DNA from: the human T2T-CHM13v2.0 reference genome, Homo sapiens
Direction: 5' to 3' (one strand)
Assembly: GCF_009914755.1 (NCBI RefSeq)
Contig: NC_060927.1
DNA: 64,000 nt
Positions within the stretch are counted from its first letter, which is position 1; each line of letters opens with the position of its first letter. Position numbers and translations under genes: made by a program. Shown here piece by piece: positions 13,988 to 27,482 of this stretch. The notes below the pieces were generated by a model. That model saw only the letters and a program-made list of their open reading frames with translations. It was not told the DNA's origin and did not search any database.

Positions 13988-16200
13988 ACAGTTTCTTTAT
14001 CCACTCTATTGATGGGAATTTGGGTTGGTTCCACATTTTTGCAATTGTGAATTGTGCTGCTATAAACATGCATGTGCAAGTATCTTTTTTGAAAAATGAT
14101 TTCTTTTCCTCGGGGGTAGATACCCCGTAGTGGGAATGTTGGATCAAATAGTAGTTCTACTTTTAGTTTTTTAAGGAATCTTCACACTGTTTTCCACAGT
14201 GGCTGTACTAGTTTACATTCCCACCAGCAGTGTAGAAGTGTTCCCTGTTCACAGCATCTATACCAGCATCTACTGTTTTATGATTTTTTTATTATGGCCA
14301 TTCTTGCAGGAGTAAGGTAGTATCATATTGTGGTTTTGATTTGCATTTCCCTGATCATTAGTGGTGTTGAGCATTTTTTCATATGTTTCTTGGCCATTTG
14401 CATATCTTCTTTTGAGAATTGTCCTTAGCCCACTTTTTGATGGGATTGTTTGTTTTTTTCTTATTGATTTGAGTTCGTTGTAGATTCTGGATATTAGTCC
14501 TTTGTTAGATGTATAGATTGTGAAGACTGTCTCATACTCTGTGGGTTTTCTATTTACTCTTCTAACTGTTTCTTTTGCCATGTAAAAGCTCTTTAGTTTA
14601 ATTAGGTCCCAGCTATTTATCTTTGTTTTTACTGCATTTGCTTTTGAGTTCTTGGTCATGAAATCCTTACCTAAGCCGATGCTTAGAAGGGTTTTTCTGA
14701 TGTATAAATTCTTTTAGAATTTTTATAGTTTCAGGTCTTAGGTGCAAGTCCTTAATCCATCTTGAGTTGATTTTTGTATAAAGTGAGAGATGAGGATCCA
14801 TTTTCATTCTCCTACATGTGGCTAGCCAATTATCCCAGCATTATTTGTTGAAAAGGGTGTTCTTTCCCCACTTTATATTTTTGTTTGCTTTGTCAAAGAT
14901 CAGTTGGCTTTAAGTATTTGGGTTTCTTTCTGGATTCTCTATTCTGTTCCATTGGTCTATGTGCGTATTTTTATACCCATACCATGCTGTTTTGGTGACT
15001 ATGGCCTTTTAGTATAGTTTGAAATCAGGTAGTGTGATGCCTCCAGATTTGTTCTTTTTGCTTAGTCTTGCTTTGCCTATGTGGGCTCTTTTTTGGTTCC
15101 ATATTAATTTTATGATTGTTTTTTCTAATTCTGTGAAGAATGATGGTGGTATTTTGATGAAGATTGTATTGAATTTGTAGATTGCTTTTGGCAGTATGGT
15201 CATTTTCACAATATTGATTCTACTCATCCATGAGCATGGGATGTGTTTCCATTTGTTTGTGTCATCTGTGATTTATTTTAGCATTGTTTTTGTAGTTTTC
15301 CTTGTAGAGGTCTTTTGACTCCCTGGTTAGGTATAATCTAAGTTAGTTTTTTTTTTTTTTTTTGGTAGCTATGGTAAAAGGGGGTGAGTTCTTGATGTGA
15401 TTCTCCGCTTGGTTGCTGTTGGTGTGTAGAAGAGCTACTGATTTGTGTTCGTCAGTCTTCTATCTGGAAACTTTGCTGAATTCTTTTATCAGTTCTAGGA
15501 GTTTTCTGGAGGAGTCTTTAGGGTTTTCAAGGTAAACGATCATATTGTCAGCCAACAGTAACAGTTTGAATTTCTCTTTAACAATTTGGATGCCCCTTAT
15601 TTTTTTCTCTTGTCTGACTGTCTATATTTTTCTCATCTTGTCTGATGAGAGTGGGCATCCTTGTCTTGTGCCAATTCTTAGAGGGAATGCTTTCAATTTT
15701 TCCCCATTCAGTATTATGTTGGCTGTGGGTTTGTCGTAGATGGCTTTTATTACATTAAGGTATGTCCCTTGTATGCTGATTTTGCTAGGAGGAAGAGATG
15801 CTGGATTTTGTCGAATGCTTTTTCTGCATCTATTGAAATGATCATATAATTTTTTGTTTTTAATTCTGTTTATGTGGTGTATCATATTCATTGACTTGTG
15901 CATGTTAAACCATCACTGCATCCCTGATATGAAACCCACCTTATCATGGTGGATTATCTTTTTGATATGTTATTGGATTCAGTTAGCTAGTATTTTGTTA
16001 AGGTTTTGCATCTACATTTATGAGAGATTTTGGTGTATAGCTTTCTTTTTCGGTTATGTCCTGTCCTAGTTTTGGTATTAGGGCAATACTGGCTTCATGG
16101 AACAATTTAGGGAGGGTTCCTTCTTTCTCGGCGTTTTGGAATAGTGTCAAAAGGATTGGTACCAATTCTTCCTTGAATGTCTAGTAAAATTCTGCTGTGA

Positions 16201-16537
<337 letters not shown>

Positions 16538-19500
16538 ATTTGTTGGTAATTTTTAAATTACCATTTCAATCTCACTGCTCCTTACTGGTCTGTTCAGCAT
16601 ATCTAATTCTTCCTCATTTAAGCTGGGAGGGTTGTATTTTTCCAGGAATTTATCCATTTCTTTTAGGTTTTCTAGTTTATGTGCATAAGGTGTTCATTGT
16701 AGCATTGAATGATCTTTTGTATTTCAGTGGTGTCAGTTGTAATATTTCCTGTTTCGTTTCTTAATGAGGTTATTTGGATTTTCTCTCTTCTTTTCTTGCT
16801 TAATCTTGCAAATGGTCTATCAATTTTATTTATCATTTCAAGGAATCAGCTTTTGGTTTCATTTATCTTTTGTAATTTTTGTTTTAATTTCATTTAATTC
16901 TGCTCTGATCTTGGTCATTTCCTTTCTTCCACTGGGTTTGAGTTTAGTTTGTTCTTGTTTCTCTAATTCCTTGAGGTGTGACCTTAGAATGTCAGTTTGT
17001 ACTCTTTCAGACTTTTTGATGTATGTGTTCAGGGCTATGAACTTTCCTCTTAGCACTGCCTTTGCTGTATCCCAGAGGTTTGGATATGTTGTGTCATTAC
17101 TGTCGTTAAGTTTGAATAATTTTTAAATTTCCATCTTCATTTCGTTTTTGACCCAATGCTCATTCATAAGCAGGTTATGTAATGTCCATGTATTTGCATG
17201 GTTTTGAAGGTTCCTTTTGGAGCTGACTTCCAGTTTTATTCCACTGTGCTCTGAGAAAGTGCTCGATATAATTTCAATTTTCTTAAATTTATTAAGGCTT
17301 GCTTTGTGGTTTATCATATGGTCTATCCTGGAGAAAGTTCCATGCGCTGTTGAATGGAATATGTATTATGTGGTTGTTGGATGAAATGTTTGGTATGTAT
17401 CTGTTAAGTCCATTTGTTCCAGGGTATAGTTTAAATCCATGTTTTCTTTGTTGGCTTTCTGTCTTGATGGGCTGTCTAGTGTTATCAGTGAAGTATTAAA
17501 GTCCCCCACTATTATTGTGTTGCTCTCTATCACATTTCTTAGGTCCATTAGTAATTGTTTTATAAATTTGGGAGCTCCAGTGTTAGGTGCATATATGTTT
17601 AGGACTGTAACGTTTTCCTGTTGGACAAGGCCTTTCATCATTACGTAATATCACTTTCTGTCTCTTTTAACTGCTGTTGCTTTAGTTTGTTTTGTCTGAT
17701 ACAAGAATAGCTACTCCTGCTCACTTTTGGTGTCCCTTTGCATGAAATATCTTTTTCCACCACTTTACTTTAAGTTTATGTGAGTTCTTATGTGTTAGGT
17801 GAGTCTCCTGAAGGCATCAGCAGGTAGTTGGTTGTTGAGTTCTTATCCATTCTGTGGTTCATTAAGAGACAGCATTTAGGCCATTTACATTCAATGTTAG
17901 TTTTGAAATGTGAGGTACCATTGGATTCATCATGCTCTTTGTTGCCTGTGTACTTTGATTTTTTGTTTTCTATTTTTGCTTTTTAACTTGTATTTTTGAT
18001 TTATAGGTCCTGTGTGATATGCTTTAAAGAGGTTCTGTTTTGATGTATTTCCAGGATTTTTTTTGAGATAGAGTTCCTTTTAACAGTTCTTGTAGTGGTG
18101 GTTGGTAATGGTGAATTCTCTCAGCATTTGTTTGTCTGGTAAATACTGTATCTTTCCTTAATAACGCTTAGTTTTGCTGGATACAAAATTCTTGGCTGAT
18201 AATTGTTTTGTTTGAGGAAGCTGAAGATAAGTCACCAATCTCTTCTGGCTTGTAGGGTTTCTGCTGAGAAATCTGCTGTTAATCCAATAGGTTTTACTCT
18301 TCTGTCTCACAGCTCTTAAGATTCTTTCCTTCGTCTTAACTTTGGATAACCTGATGACAATGTGCCTAGGCAATGATCTTTTAGCAATGAATTTCACAGG
18401 TGTTCTTTGTGCTTCTTGTATTTGGATGTCTAGGTCTTTAGCAAGGCAAGGGAAGTTTTCATTGATTATTACCCCAAATATGCTTTCCAACCTTTTAGAA
18501 TTCTCTTCTTCCTCAAGAACACTGATTATTCTTAGGTTTGGGCATTTAACATAAGCCCAGACTTCTTGGAGGCTTTGTTCATATTTTCTTATTCTTTTTT
18601 CTTTGTCTTTGTTGGGTTGGGTTAATTTGAAGACCTGTCTTTGAGCTCTAAATTTCTTTCTTCTACCTTTTCAATTCTATTGCTAAGAATTTTGGGAGCA
18701 TTTCACATTTCTAAAAGTTCATCCAAAGTTTCCTGAATTTTTTATTGCTTTTTCCTTAAGCTATCTATTTTCTTGAATATTTCCCCCTTCACTTCTTGTA
18801 TCATTTTTTGGATTTCCTAGCATTGGGCTTCACCTTTCTCCAGTGTCTCCCTGATTAGCTTAATAACTAACCTCCTGAATTCTTTTTCAGGTAAATCAGG
18901 GATTTTTTTCTTGGTTTGGATCCATTGCTGGTAAACTAGTGTGATTTTTCTGGAGTCATATTACCAGGGATGGTATTGTCATATTACTAGGGATGGTTTT
19001 CTGGTTCCTTCTCGTTTGTGTAGGCTCTGTCAGAGGGAAGGTCTAGGGCTGAAGGCTATTGTTCAGATTCTTTTGTCTCAAAGTACATTCCCTTGATTTA
19101 GTACTCTCTCCCTTTTCCTATGGATGTGGCTTCCTGTGAGCTGAACTGCAGTGATTGTCATCACTCCTCTGGGTCTAGCCACCAGTGAATTTACCCAGCT
19201 CGGGGCTGGTCCTGTGATGTGAACCGTCTATGGGTCTCTCAGCAGTGGATACCAGCGCCTGTTCTGGTGGAGGTGGCGGGCGGTGCAATGGACTCCATGA
19301 GGGTCCTTAGCTTTGGCGGTTTAATACTCTATTTTTGTGTGGGTTGGCCTCCTGCCCGGAGGTGCCACTTTCCAGAGAGAATCAGCTGTAGTAATATGGA
19401 GAGGGACTGGCAGTGGGCGGGGCCCTAGAACTCGCAAGATTATACATCTTTTGTCTTCTGCTACCAGGGTGGGTAAGGAAGGACCATTAGGTAGGGGCAG

Positions 19501-19952
19501 GGCTAGGCGTGTCTGATCTCAGACTCTCCTTGGGTGGGTCTTGCTGCAGCTGCTATGGGTGATGGGAATGAGATGCCCAGGTCACTGGAGTTGTGTGCCT
19601 AGGAGGATTATGGCTGCCTCTGCTGAGTCATGCAGGTTATCAGGGAAGTGGGGGAAAGCCAGCAGTCATAGGCCTCACCCAGCTCCTATGCAAACTGAAG
19701 GGTCAGTCTCACTCCAACTATACCCTACCCCAACAGCCCTGAGTCTGTTTCCAGGTGGACCGTGAAACAAGCTTAAAAACTTGCCCCAGGCTACCGGTCT
19801 CCCAGCTGCAAAAGAAAAGAACTTGGTTCTTCCCCACCCGGCCCGTGGAGTCTGCACAACGGATTTTCATTTCCCCCCGCCCCCGACCCTGCCGCCCCAC
19901 CGGCAGAGTTCTAGCCAGGAGATTCTCACCAGATTCAAATTGTTACAAGTAG

Positions 19953-20278
<326 letters not shown>

Positions 20279-21120
20279 TCCCTGTGGAGTTTTACCTGAT
20301 GCTCCTCTTGCCGCCCTCCTGATGGATTCCTTTGGTGCCAGACAGGAATGGGCTGCTTGGGGACCAAGAGAGCTCCCAGGGCCTTTCTACGGCTTCCTTT
20401 ACCCCTTTATTTTGTTCGGCTCTCTAAATTGACTCAGCTCCAGGTAAAGTCGAAACTTCTCCCACAAACGGACCTTCAGTTTCTCCAGTTAGTGTGTGTG
20501 TTCAGGAGAGGAGGGTCTCCCTTTCCCACTTCCGCAGTTGGGGCACTCACAGTATTTGAGGTATCTCCCAGGTCCTGCAGGAGCAGTCCACTTCCTTCAG
20601 AGGGTCTGTGGGTCCTTTTGGGATTGCCGGTTTGTTCTTGTAGTCAATCTGGAGCTAAAATTCACAATGCAAGCCTCCGCATGGTGTTCTATCTGGAGCT
20701 GCAATCTAGTCCTGTCTCTAAAATATGAAATTCTTAGGAATACATTCAACAACAGATGTACAAAATCTTGATTCTGAAAATTACATAATATTTCTGAGAA
20801 AAAAATAAAGAAAATTTAAATAGAGATTTATATATACTACATTCATGGATTAGAGAACTCAGTATTAAGATGTCCACTGTTTCCAAATTGATTGGTAGAT
20901 TCAATTCCAATCAAAGTCCTATTAGGCATTTTGGTAGAAATTAGCAAGCTGATTTGAAAACTTATATGGAAACAGAAAGGACCTAGAACAGTCTAGATAA
21001 TATCGAAAAAAAAAAAAGAACAAAATTAGAGAACATATACTATCTAATTCTGAACTTACTGTAAAGCTACAGTATTCAAAACAGAATAGTACCAGCATGG
21101 AACATCAGTAGAACCTATAG

Positions 21121-21170
21121 CACACATGCACATGCACACACATACATACACACAGACACACACACACACA
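21121..21170. repeat. Imperfect (CA)n
   Basis: Seen directly. Confidence 0.85.
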
Positions 21171-21506
21171 TCAAATGATTTTTGACAAAGTTTCCAAGGG
21201 AAAAGCCAGTGTTTTCAACAAATGATGTTGGAATAAATGCAAACAAATAGAGCCAAATGGGGAAAAAGTGAAACTCAACTCCTACCTTTCAATAAATATT
21301 AAATTAAAATTGAAACAGATCATAGACATAAAAACTAGATAATTTCTGAAGAAAATATATGAGCAAATCTTCACACTGTGGGGTAGGTAAAGATTTCTTA
21401 GATAGGATACTTAAAATCACCAACCAGAAAAGAAAAAAAAAAGTTAAACTGGACTGCATCAAAATTTAAAACTGTTTTTCCAAAGATACCACAAAGAAAT
21501 GAAAAG

Positions 21507-21765
21507 TTAATGTACAACATCATGACTGTAGTTAACAACACTATATGGCACACTTGAAATTTGCTAAGAGGGTAGAACTTTAGTGTCCTCACTTCAGTAA
21601 AAAAAAAAAAGATATAAAGAAAATGGTAACTATGTGAGATGATAAACGTTAATTGTTTGATTGTGATAATCATTTCACAAGGTGTACAATTTTCAAAACA
21701 TCAAGTTGTACACCTTAAATATGTACAATTTTTATTTGTCAATTATGCCTCAATAAGGCTTGAAA
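21507..21765 (+). mobile_element. Short 5'-truncated L1MB-like 3' end nested in the older L1
   Basis: 'gaaatttgctaagagggtaga...gtacaccttaaatatgtacaatttttatttgtcaattat'; 14-bp TSD AAAGAAATGAAAAG (21493-21506, 21766-21779). Confidence 0.8.
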
Positions 21766-22789
21766 AAAGAAATGAAAAGGTAAGCCATAGACTGGGAGAA
21801 AATATTTGCAATACAAATATCTACCAAAAAATATGTGTCACAACATAATAAAGAAAATTCTTCTAACTCAATAATAAGATAAGCAAGCCAATTTATAAAA
21901 ATGGGAGAAAAAAATTACCAGCCAATTCTCAATAGAAGGTATGCAAATGACCAGTAAGCACATGAAGAGAGGCTCAACATTACTAGTCACCAGGGAAATG
22001 CAAATTAAGAGCCCAGTGAAATACTGTGTCATTTGAATGGAGAAAATTAACAATTGATAATGCTAAATGTAACATGGTTGTGAAACAACCGGGACTTTCA
22101 TACATTACCGTTTGGAGTATAAGGTGGCACAGCCACTTTGAAAACCAGCTTAGCAACTTCTTAAAAAGTTAAACATATACAAAATATATGACCTAGTAAT
22201 TCTATTCTTAAGTATTTTTCCAAGAGAAAAAAAAAATATATATATATGTTCATAGAAACTCTTTTAGATGACTGTTTATAACAGCTTTATTGACAATTGC
22301 CAAAAAGCAGAAAAACCTCAAATATCCATCAAAGGTGAAAGCATAAATACATTGTATGTATTTATACAAAAAAAAATTGTATGCATTCATACAATAAAAT
22401 GCTTCTCAGCAACACAAAGAATGAACTACTGCGACATTCAGCCTGGAAGAATTTTTTTTAATTATGCTGAGCAAAAGAAACTAGACATGAAAAGTACCTA
22501 CTGAATAATTTCAATTATATGAAGTTCTAGAACATGTAACGTAAATCTAAAATGATAGGATCAGATCAGGTGTTTATTTGAGCAGCGGGTGGAGGGAATT
22601 GATTGTAAATGGACATGAAAGTTTTCTCCGGAGTGATGGAAATGTTCTGTTTTGATTGGGGTGGTGGTTGCCAGGGTACATATACTTACAAAACCTCATC
22701 AAATGTTATGATCAAAATTTTACATTCATTTTATGTCAATTATGCCCCAATTAAGTTGATTTTTTAAAAGGGAACTGTAGTAAGTAGTA

Positions 22790-22960
22790 AGCATAACAAT
22801 GCTGTTTCTTAAGTATCTTGTATGGGTCAGACACAGGGCAGAGTGTTTGTTTTTATCACCACTCAATTCTTATAGCATCCTTCAAGATAGGCATTATTAT
22901 GAAAACTGAGGTTGAGAGTGGTGAAGTAACTTACCCAAGGTCACACAGGAGGAAGCTGGC
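22790..22960 (-). mobile_element. MIR
   Basis: 'gaaaactgaggttgagagtggtgaagtaacttacccaaggtcacacag'. Confidence 0.75.
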
Positions 22961-23867
22961 CCGTAACACAGCACTGGGGAAGGACTGCATGAAGAGGCAG
23001 AAACTGAAGTTGCTAGAGAGAGGCTTAGAGGGAAGAATTAAAATGTGTTTGTAGAGGCAAGTATATGTGAAGAAAGGGATCCAGGTAGCTATTGGGGCTT
23101 TATGTTTGATTTGCTTGGTCTTCTCAGTGAGAAGGTGAGATGGTGAGACCACCTGCTAGAGGAGGGCTGGAGCGTGAGGGGAAATCTGGAATGGCCCAAA
23201 CAGAAATAATAAAGAATTGTGAGGCAGCAAGAAGGACCCTCTCTGAGGTAGGAAAAAGTTAAGCATGGAGTAGGCAATGTCTGTACAACTGTGCCATGTT
23301 TTCTGGCAGGTTCTGCTAACTACAAACAGCAGTGATGAGAATAATGGGGGGGGGCACACCCTAGGTGCCAGTGTGCGAATCTGCCCCAGGCAGGCATGAC
23401 CCAGAGGCCTCTGGGAGTGGGTTAGTAAAGCTTTCCTAGTTGAAGTAAAAAAAAAATCTAATATCTGTCCCAGCTGAGGGGAAAATTGGCAATCCTCTCT
23501 CTCTTTTTTAATTATAATATTTGACTTACTATGATTCTGTCAGACTACTAAATTGGAAATGGAATAAAATATAGTAGAGTAGAAATTTTGGCTGAGCCAA
23601 TTAAAATATTCCATAGGGAGTCTTTCCTGTCCAAGCAACATTATGAACCTCTGAATAAATTGGGCCTGGGCCCTGGTTTGTTATTTTTAATTTGGACTAA
23701 TGGAGTGGATATAAAAGACTGAAATGTGGAGCATATTCAGTCACTCACATCCCGATCAAACTCTAGTGTGTCAAAAATTGACAATACCTTCACCACCTCG
23801 ATTTCCCTTATTACTGCCAGTATCTGACCCACACTCTTCCTTCCCAGACTTGAAACCAGAGTGGTAT

Positions 23868-24030
23868 TTATTAATTTATTTTTAATAACTTGTATCACAT
23901 ATATTTAAGGTATACAGCATGTTGCAAGATACATATATATAGTAAAATGGCTATAATAGTGGAATAAATTAACATCATTATCTCACATTATTACTCATTT
24001 TACCCCTCCATGGCAAGAGCAGCTATAGTT
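23868..24030 (-). mobile_element. L1MA-like 3' end fragment
   Basis: 'tatatttaaggtatacagcatg...aaattaacatcattatctcaca'. Confidence 0.6.
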
Positions 24031-26061
24031 TACCATGGAGATATTTCGACCTCAGAACTATGCACCTTCACCCCTTGGCTGCTATCCCTTTCTCCTATTT
24101 CTCTGTGAAGACCTGACACCACACATAGGTAATAGGTGCTACATACAGGAATCTTTCTGTAGTCAAATATGTTTGGGAAACATTGTGTTAAAGTCTTTGC
24201 TGCAGAACCTCCCAGAGATTTTAATGTGCTCCTGTGCACTGTGAATTTCCAAGGGTGAGATAAAATATTTGATCATGGAACCCCTGTGGTTGTAGCATTA
24301 CCTGAAATTCACCCTGGGAAACATTGGCCTAAATTGTAGTAACTGTCCCCAGCCATCCTGTCTGCCTTAGTCTTTCTTGTTCCAATCAATCTTGAGTACC
24401 ACTGTGGGGAATTATCTCAAATCTCATCTTCCTTGAGCTAGTCCTCAGCTGTAGAAGTTTTGGTGACCGCACAGAGTACATATTATGCCACATCTAGTCC
24501 CTTCCTCTAGCCTCCCCACATTGTGACCTGCAAAGCTGCCCTTAATCAAAAACGAGAAACCTGCTGTACCTTACCACCACCACCAGCAGCAGCGGCCACA
24601 CAACTGATAAGGATGATAGCCACACAATTTTCCTTGCTATCAGTGGCAAAGAAATTACTGTTTCCAGAATGCATGCAGCTTCAGAGGTTCCATGTTAAGA
24701 GGACTCAACATGGATAAACACAAAGGACAAGAGAAAAAAGCCTGCATGATCCCCTACTTTTGGAGGAAGAAGAAAACTAAGGATCAGGTATATCCAATGA
24801 TTGTTGTCCTGATTCTAAATCCTGTGGATTATACAGAAGCTAGCAGGTAAGAAATGGGTCAGAGCTGGGACTGATGGGAATCACTTGCCAAAATCTTCTG
24901 AGCTGGCTTCGGTTTACAAACAGCTGAGAGAAGACTTTCTCTCCTTAACCACTTTACTTTATTCAAGAGTTAAACAGTTACCCTCCTACCTTAGATAACT
25001 AAAGCTAGGTAAGTTTCCACAGTTGAGTCTTGGCGGCAGCCCTGGTAGCCTAATGTGGTCCCCTCAAAGAAAGGAAGACTTTTTGAAACTCCTTCACTCC
25101 CAAATATTTTGACTTAAAGTTATTTGAATATGTCAGGTCAGAATGTGGTTTGGACCTCAATTATCTAGATAATTAAGTGTGTAGACAGGTTCTTGGTTTC
25201 AAGAGCGTGGACTGGAATAAAAAGAGCCTGTTTCTTTAAGTAGTTTTTACAAAGGCTTTCTAAAGTCCTCTTCTGTTTTGTTGATTTATTTTTTAAAGAG
25301 AGAAAGACATGTTGATGAATGAGTCGGGCTCTACAGGATCCCAGGAGAGGAAGGAGGGACTTGTGAGAGAGGGAGGGGTGAGCAGCTTTTTCTTCTGCTT
25401 CTCAGAGGTTCCAAAGCCTCCAGTCCTTCCTGATTACTCTCCAAGATGTTGCACTTACTGTCTGAATTGACTTCATGCCAAGAAAACCCTTCTTTTAAGC
25501 CTTGGATATTTATAAGCTGTGGGATAAAAAGTAAACAAGAACAGAAAGGGTTGAAGGGTAGGGAGGGAAACAAAAAGAAAGCTGAGGAAATGAGTATATT
25601 TGCAAGCTGGGGAATTTCTGCATCCTCTGGTCTCCTAGGCTCCATTGAAACAAATAAAAGGGACAACACTAATACAAAATGTCCAATCCAGAAAGGAATT
25701 TGCTTTTCGATGGGAGGTGTCCAAATAGTCTTTCTGCCTCTGTTCTGAAAAAAATGCAGGTCCTTAATAAGAGGACAAGTGAGTGGATTTGTCCTGAAAA
25801 TCAGCTGGAGACTGGAGCAGCCATAATACAGCTTTTGAGGGGCTTGTGCTTGCCATAGGAGCCTTTTCTCATGACTATGTGTAATCAGAGCTGTTAAATC
25901 TCTCATTCATGCTAGGAGAGTAGACAATGGAGCAATACCGTATGATCCAAATGGCAGACTTCAGTGAGCAACAAGTACCCAACAAAACAGAGAAACAAAT
26001 GAGAATATGTTTGGTAGACTGATTAATAATATTTGCTATTTTTTAAAAGATAAAATCAGCA

Positions 26062-26419
26062 GGGGAAACTGGCTGGAACAGGCTGGGCTCTGTTCCAGTC
26101 ACCCCCTAATAATAGGATGTCCTTCAATGCTTTAGCCAGGTGTGTCATGTGACCCCAAGGTATGTAACCCAGGGCAGGCTACCTTTTGAGGGCCCCTCAT
26201 CTGTGGTGCAAGTGAGGCATGTGCAGATGAGACTCCAGCCACCCCAGGAAGCTTTCTGAACCTTGGGGGACTGGCTCACAATGAATCCTGGGCTTCTGTT
26301 GCCCCTTGTTGCCTAACTGTAAGTGAAAATCCACCTCATCTACTTACTGCATATGAGTGTGCTCCGTCTCACTGGGCTCAGACAAGTTGGTAATCAGTGC
26401 ACAGTGAAGCTGCTTTACA
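26062..26419 (+). mobile_element. ERVL solo LTR (LTR47-like)
   Basis: 3' terminus 'cagacaagttggtaatcagtgcacagtgaagctgctttaca'; family name from memory. Confidence 0.5.
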
Positions 26420-26469
26420 GAAACTAGAATAGAGTTTCTTATACTTGTGCTACAGTTCAGTGTGCTCTG

Positions 26470-27020
26470 GAACAGTTAGCATTGCTACAAAAATACCGTG
26501 TAACAAAGCAGCTCAAAACTCAGTGATTTAAAACGTCAGTGACCTATAGGTCCGTCAGGTTTTGTCTCATCTAGGCTGGACTCAGCTAAGAAGCTCTGCT
26601 TCAGGTTAGGGTGGGTGGAGCAGCTCTACTTCTTAGAATAGAACTGAGAGACAGACAGGTGGCACTGCTACATACACTTTTCTCTTGTTTGGACCATCCA
26701 TCTAGCTCAGGGAAGAGATACGAGTTGATTCAAGGTTACCCAGAGAACTGTCCTGCAGCTTCCTATACTGAGTATTCTACTCTTGGCACTGACAGACATG
26801 GAAAAGAGGGCACGCCGCAGTGTACAAGCACAGTTCAAATCCTTGCTAGAATTTTCCCTACTAACATCTCACTGGACAAAGCAAGTCAAAGTGCCAAGCC
26901 CAAATTCAAGAGATAGGACAGTACACTTCACCTTTTGAGAGACAAACTGTCAAGTTACATGACATAGGCTGTAGATATAGGAAGGAGTGAAGAATGGGGG
27001 TGAATATTCCCACCTATCAT
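26470..27020 (-). mobile_element. Old MaLR LTR (MLT1H-K class)
   Basis: 'gtgtaacaaa...caaaactcagtgatttaaaac' and 'gcaagtca...gccaagcccaaattcaag'. Confidence 0.65.
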
Positions 27021-27119
27021 AATGGACCATTATCTCTTCAATTTTTACAGCCCCTAAAGGTCTTCTCTAGACATCACTGGTTCTTCACCAGTCAGTACCC
27101 AGGTAGTGTGAAGATATCC

Positions 27120-27270
27120 CCTTGTGGCTTAGTTTCCTTATCTGTGAAATAGGAATGACATTTTCTCTGCCTATCTCATAGAGTTGGTGTAGATGCCAAA
27201 TGAGATAATGGACAAGAAAGTCCTTAGATAGTGATAAAGTATTATACAGTGCAAGTTATTATTACAGTTA
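27120..27270 (+). mobile_element. MIR
   Basis: 'agtttccttatctgtgaaatagg...aaatgagataatg'. Confidence 0.7.
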
Positions 27271-27294
27271 TTACTGGGGGACCATACTCTGTAC

Positions 27295-27482
27295 ATACTG
27301 GACTTGTGAACCATAAGTTCCCTGTTGCAACTGTCCAACTCTGCCATTGTAGTTCAAAAGCAGCTATGGACTATATGTAGATATGGGCATGGCTGTGTTC
27401 TATTACAACTTTACACCATATACACACAAAAAAAGGCAGCTGGCCCAAGGCTGCCTTTTTATGCCATAGTTTGCCAACCGTG
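27295..27482. mobile_element. MER58A (hAT-Charlie)
   Basis: 'caactctgccattgtagttcaaaagcagc...gggcatggctgtgttc...gccatagtttgccaacc'. Confidence 0.8.

Noticed and set aside
13582-14079. 165-aa repetitive Y/I/H ORF
   Set aside because: Translation of the minisatellite and L1 3' UTR
19872-19903. C-rich tract with G-quadruplex potential
   Set aside because: Lies in the L1PB 5' UTR where G-rich tracts are common; no evidence of function
25331-25906. Longest ORF (191 aa, minus strand) and overlapping 100-aa plus-strand ORF
   Set aside because: No recognisable domain or exon structure; consistent with a chance ORF
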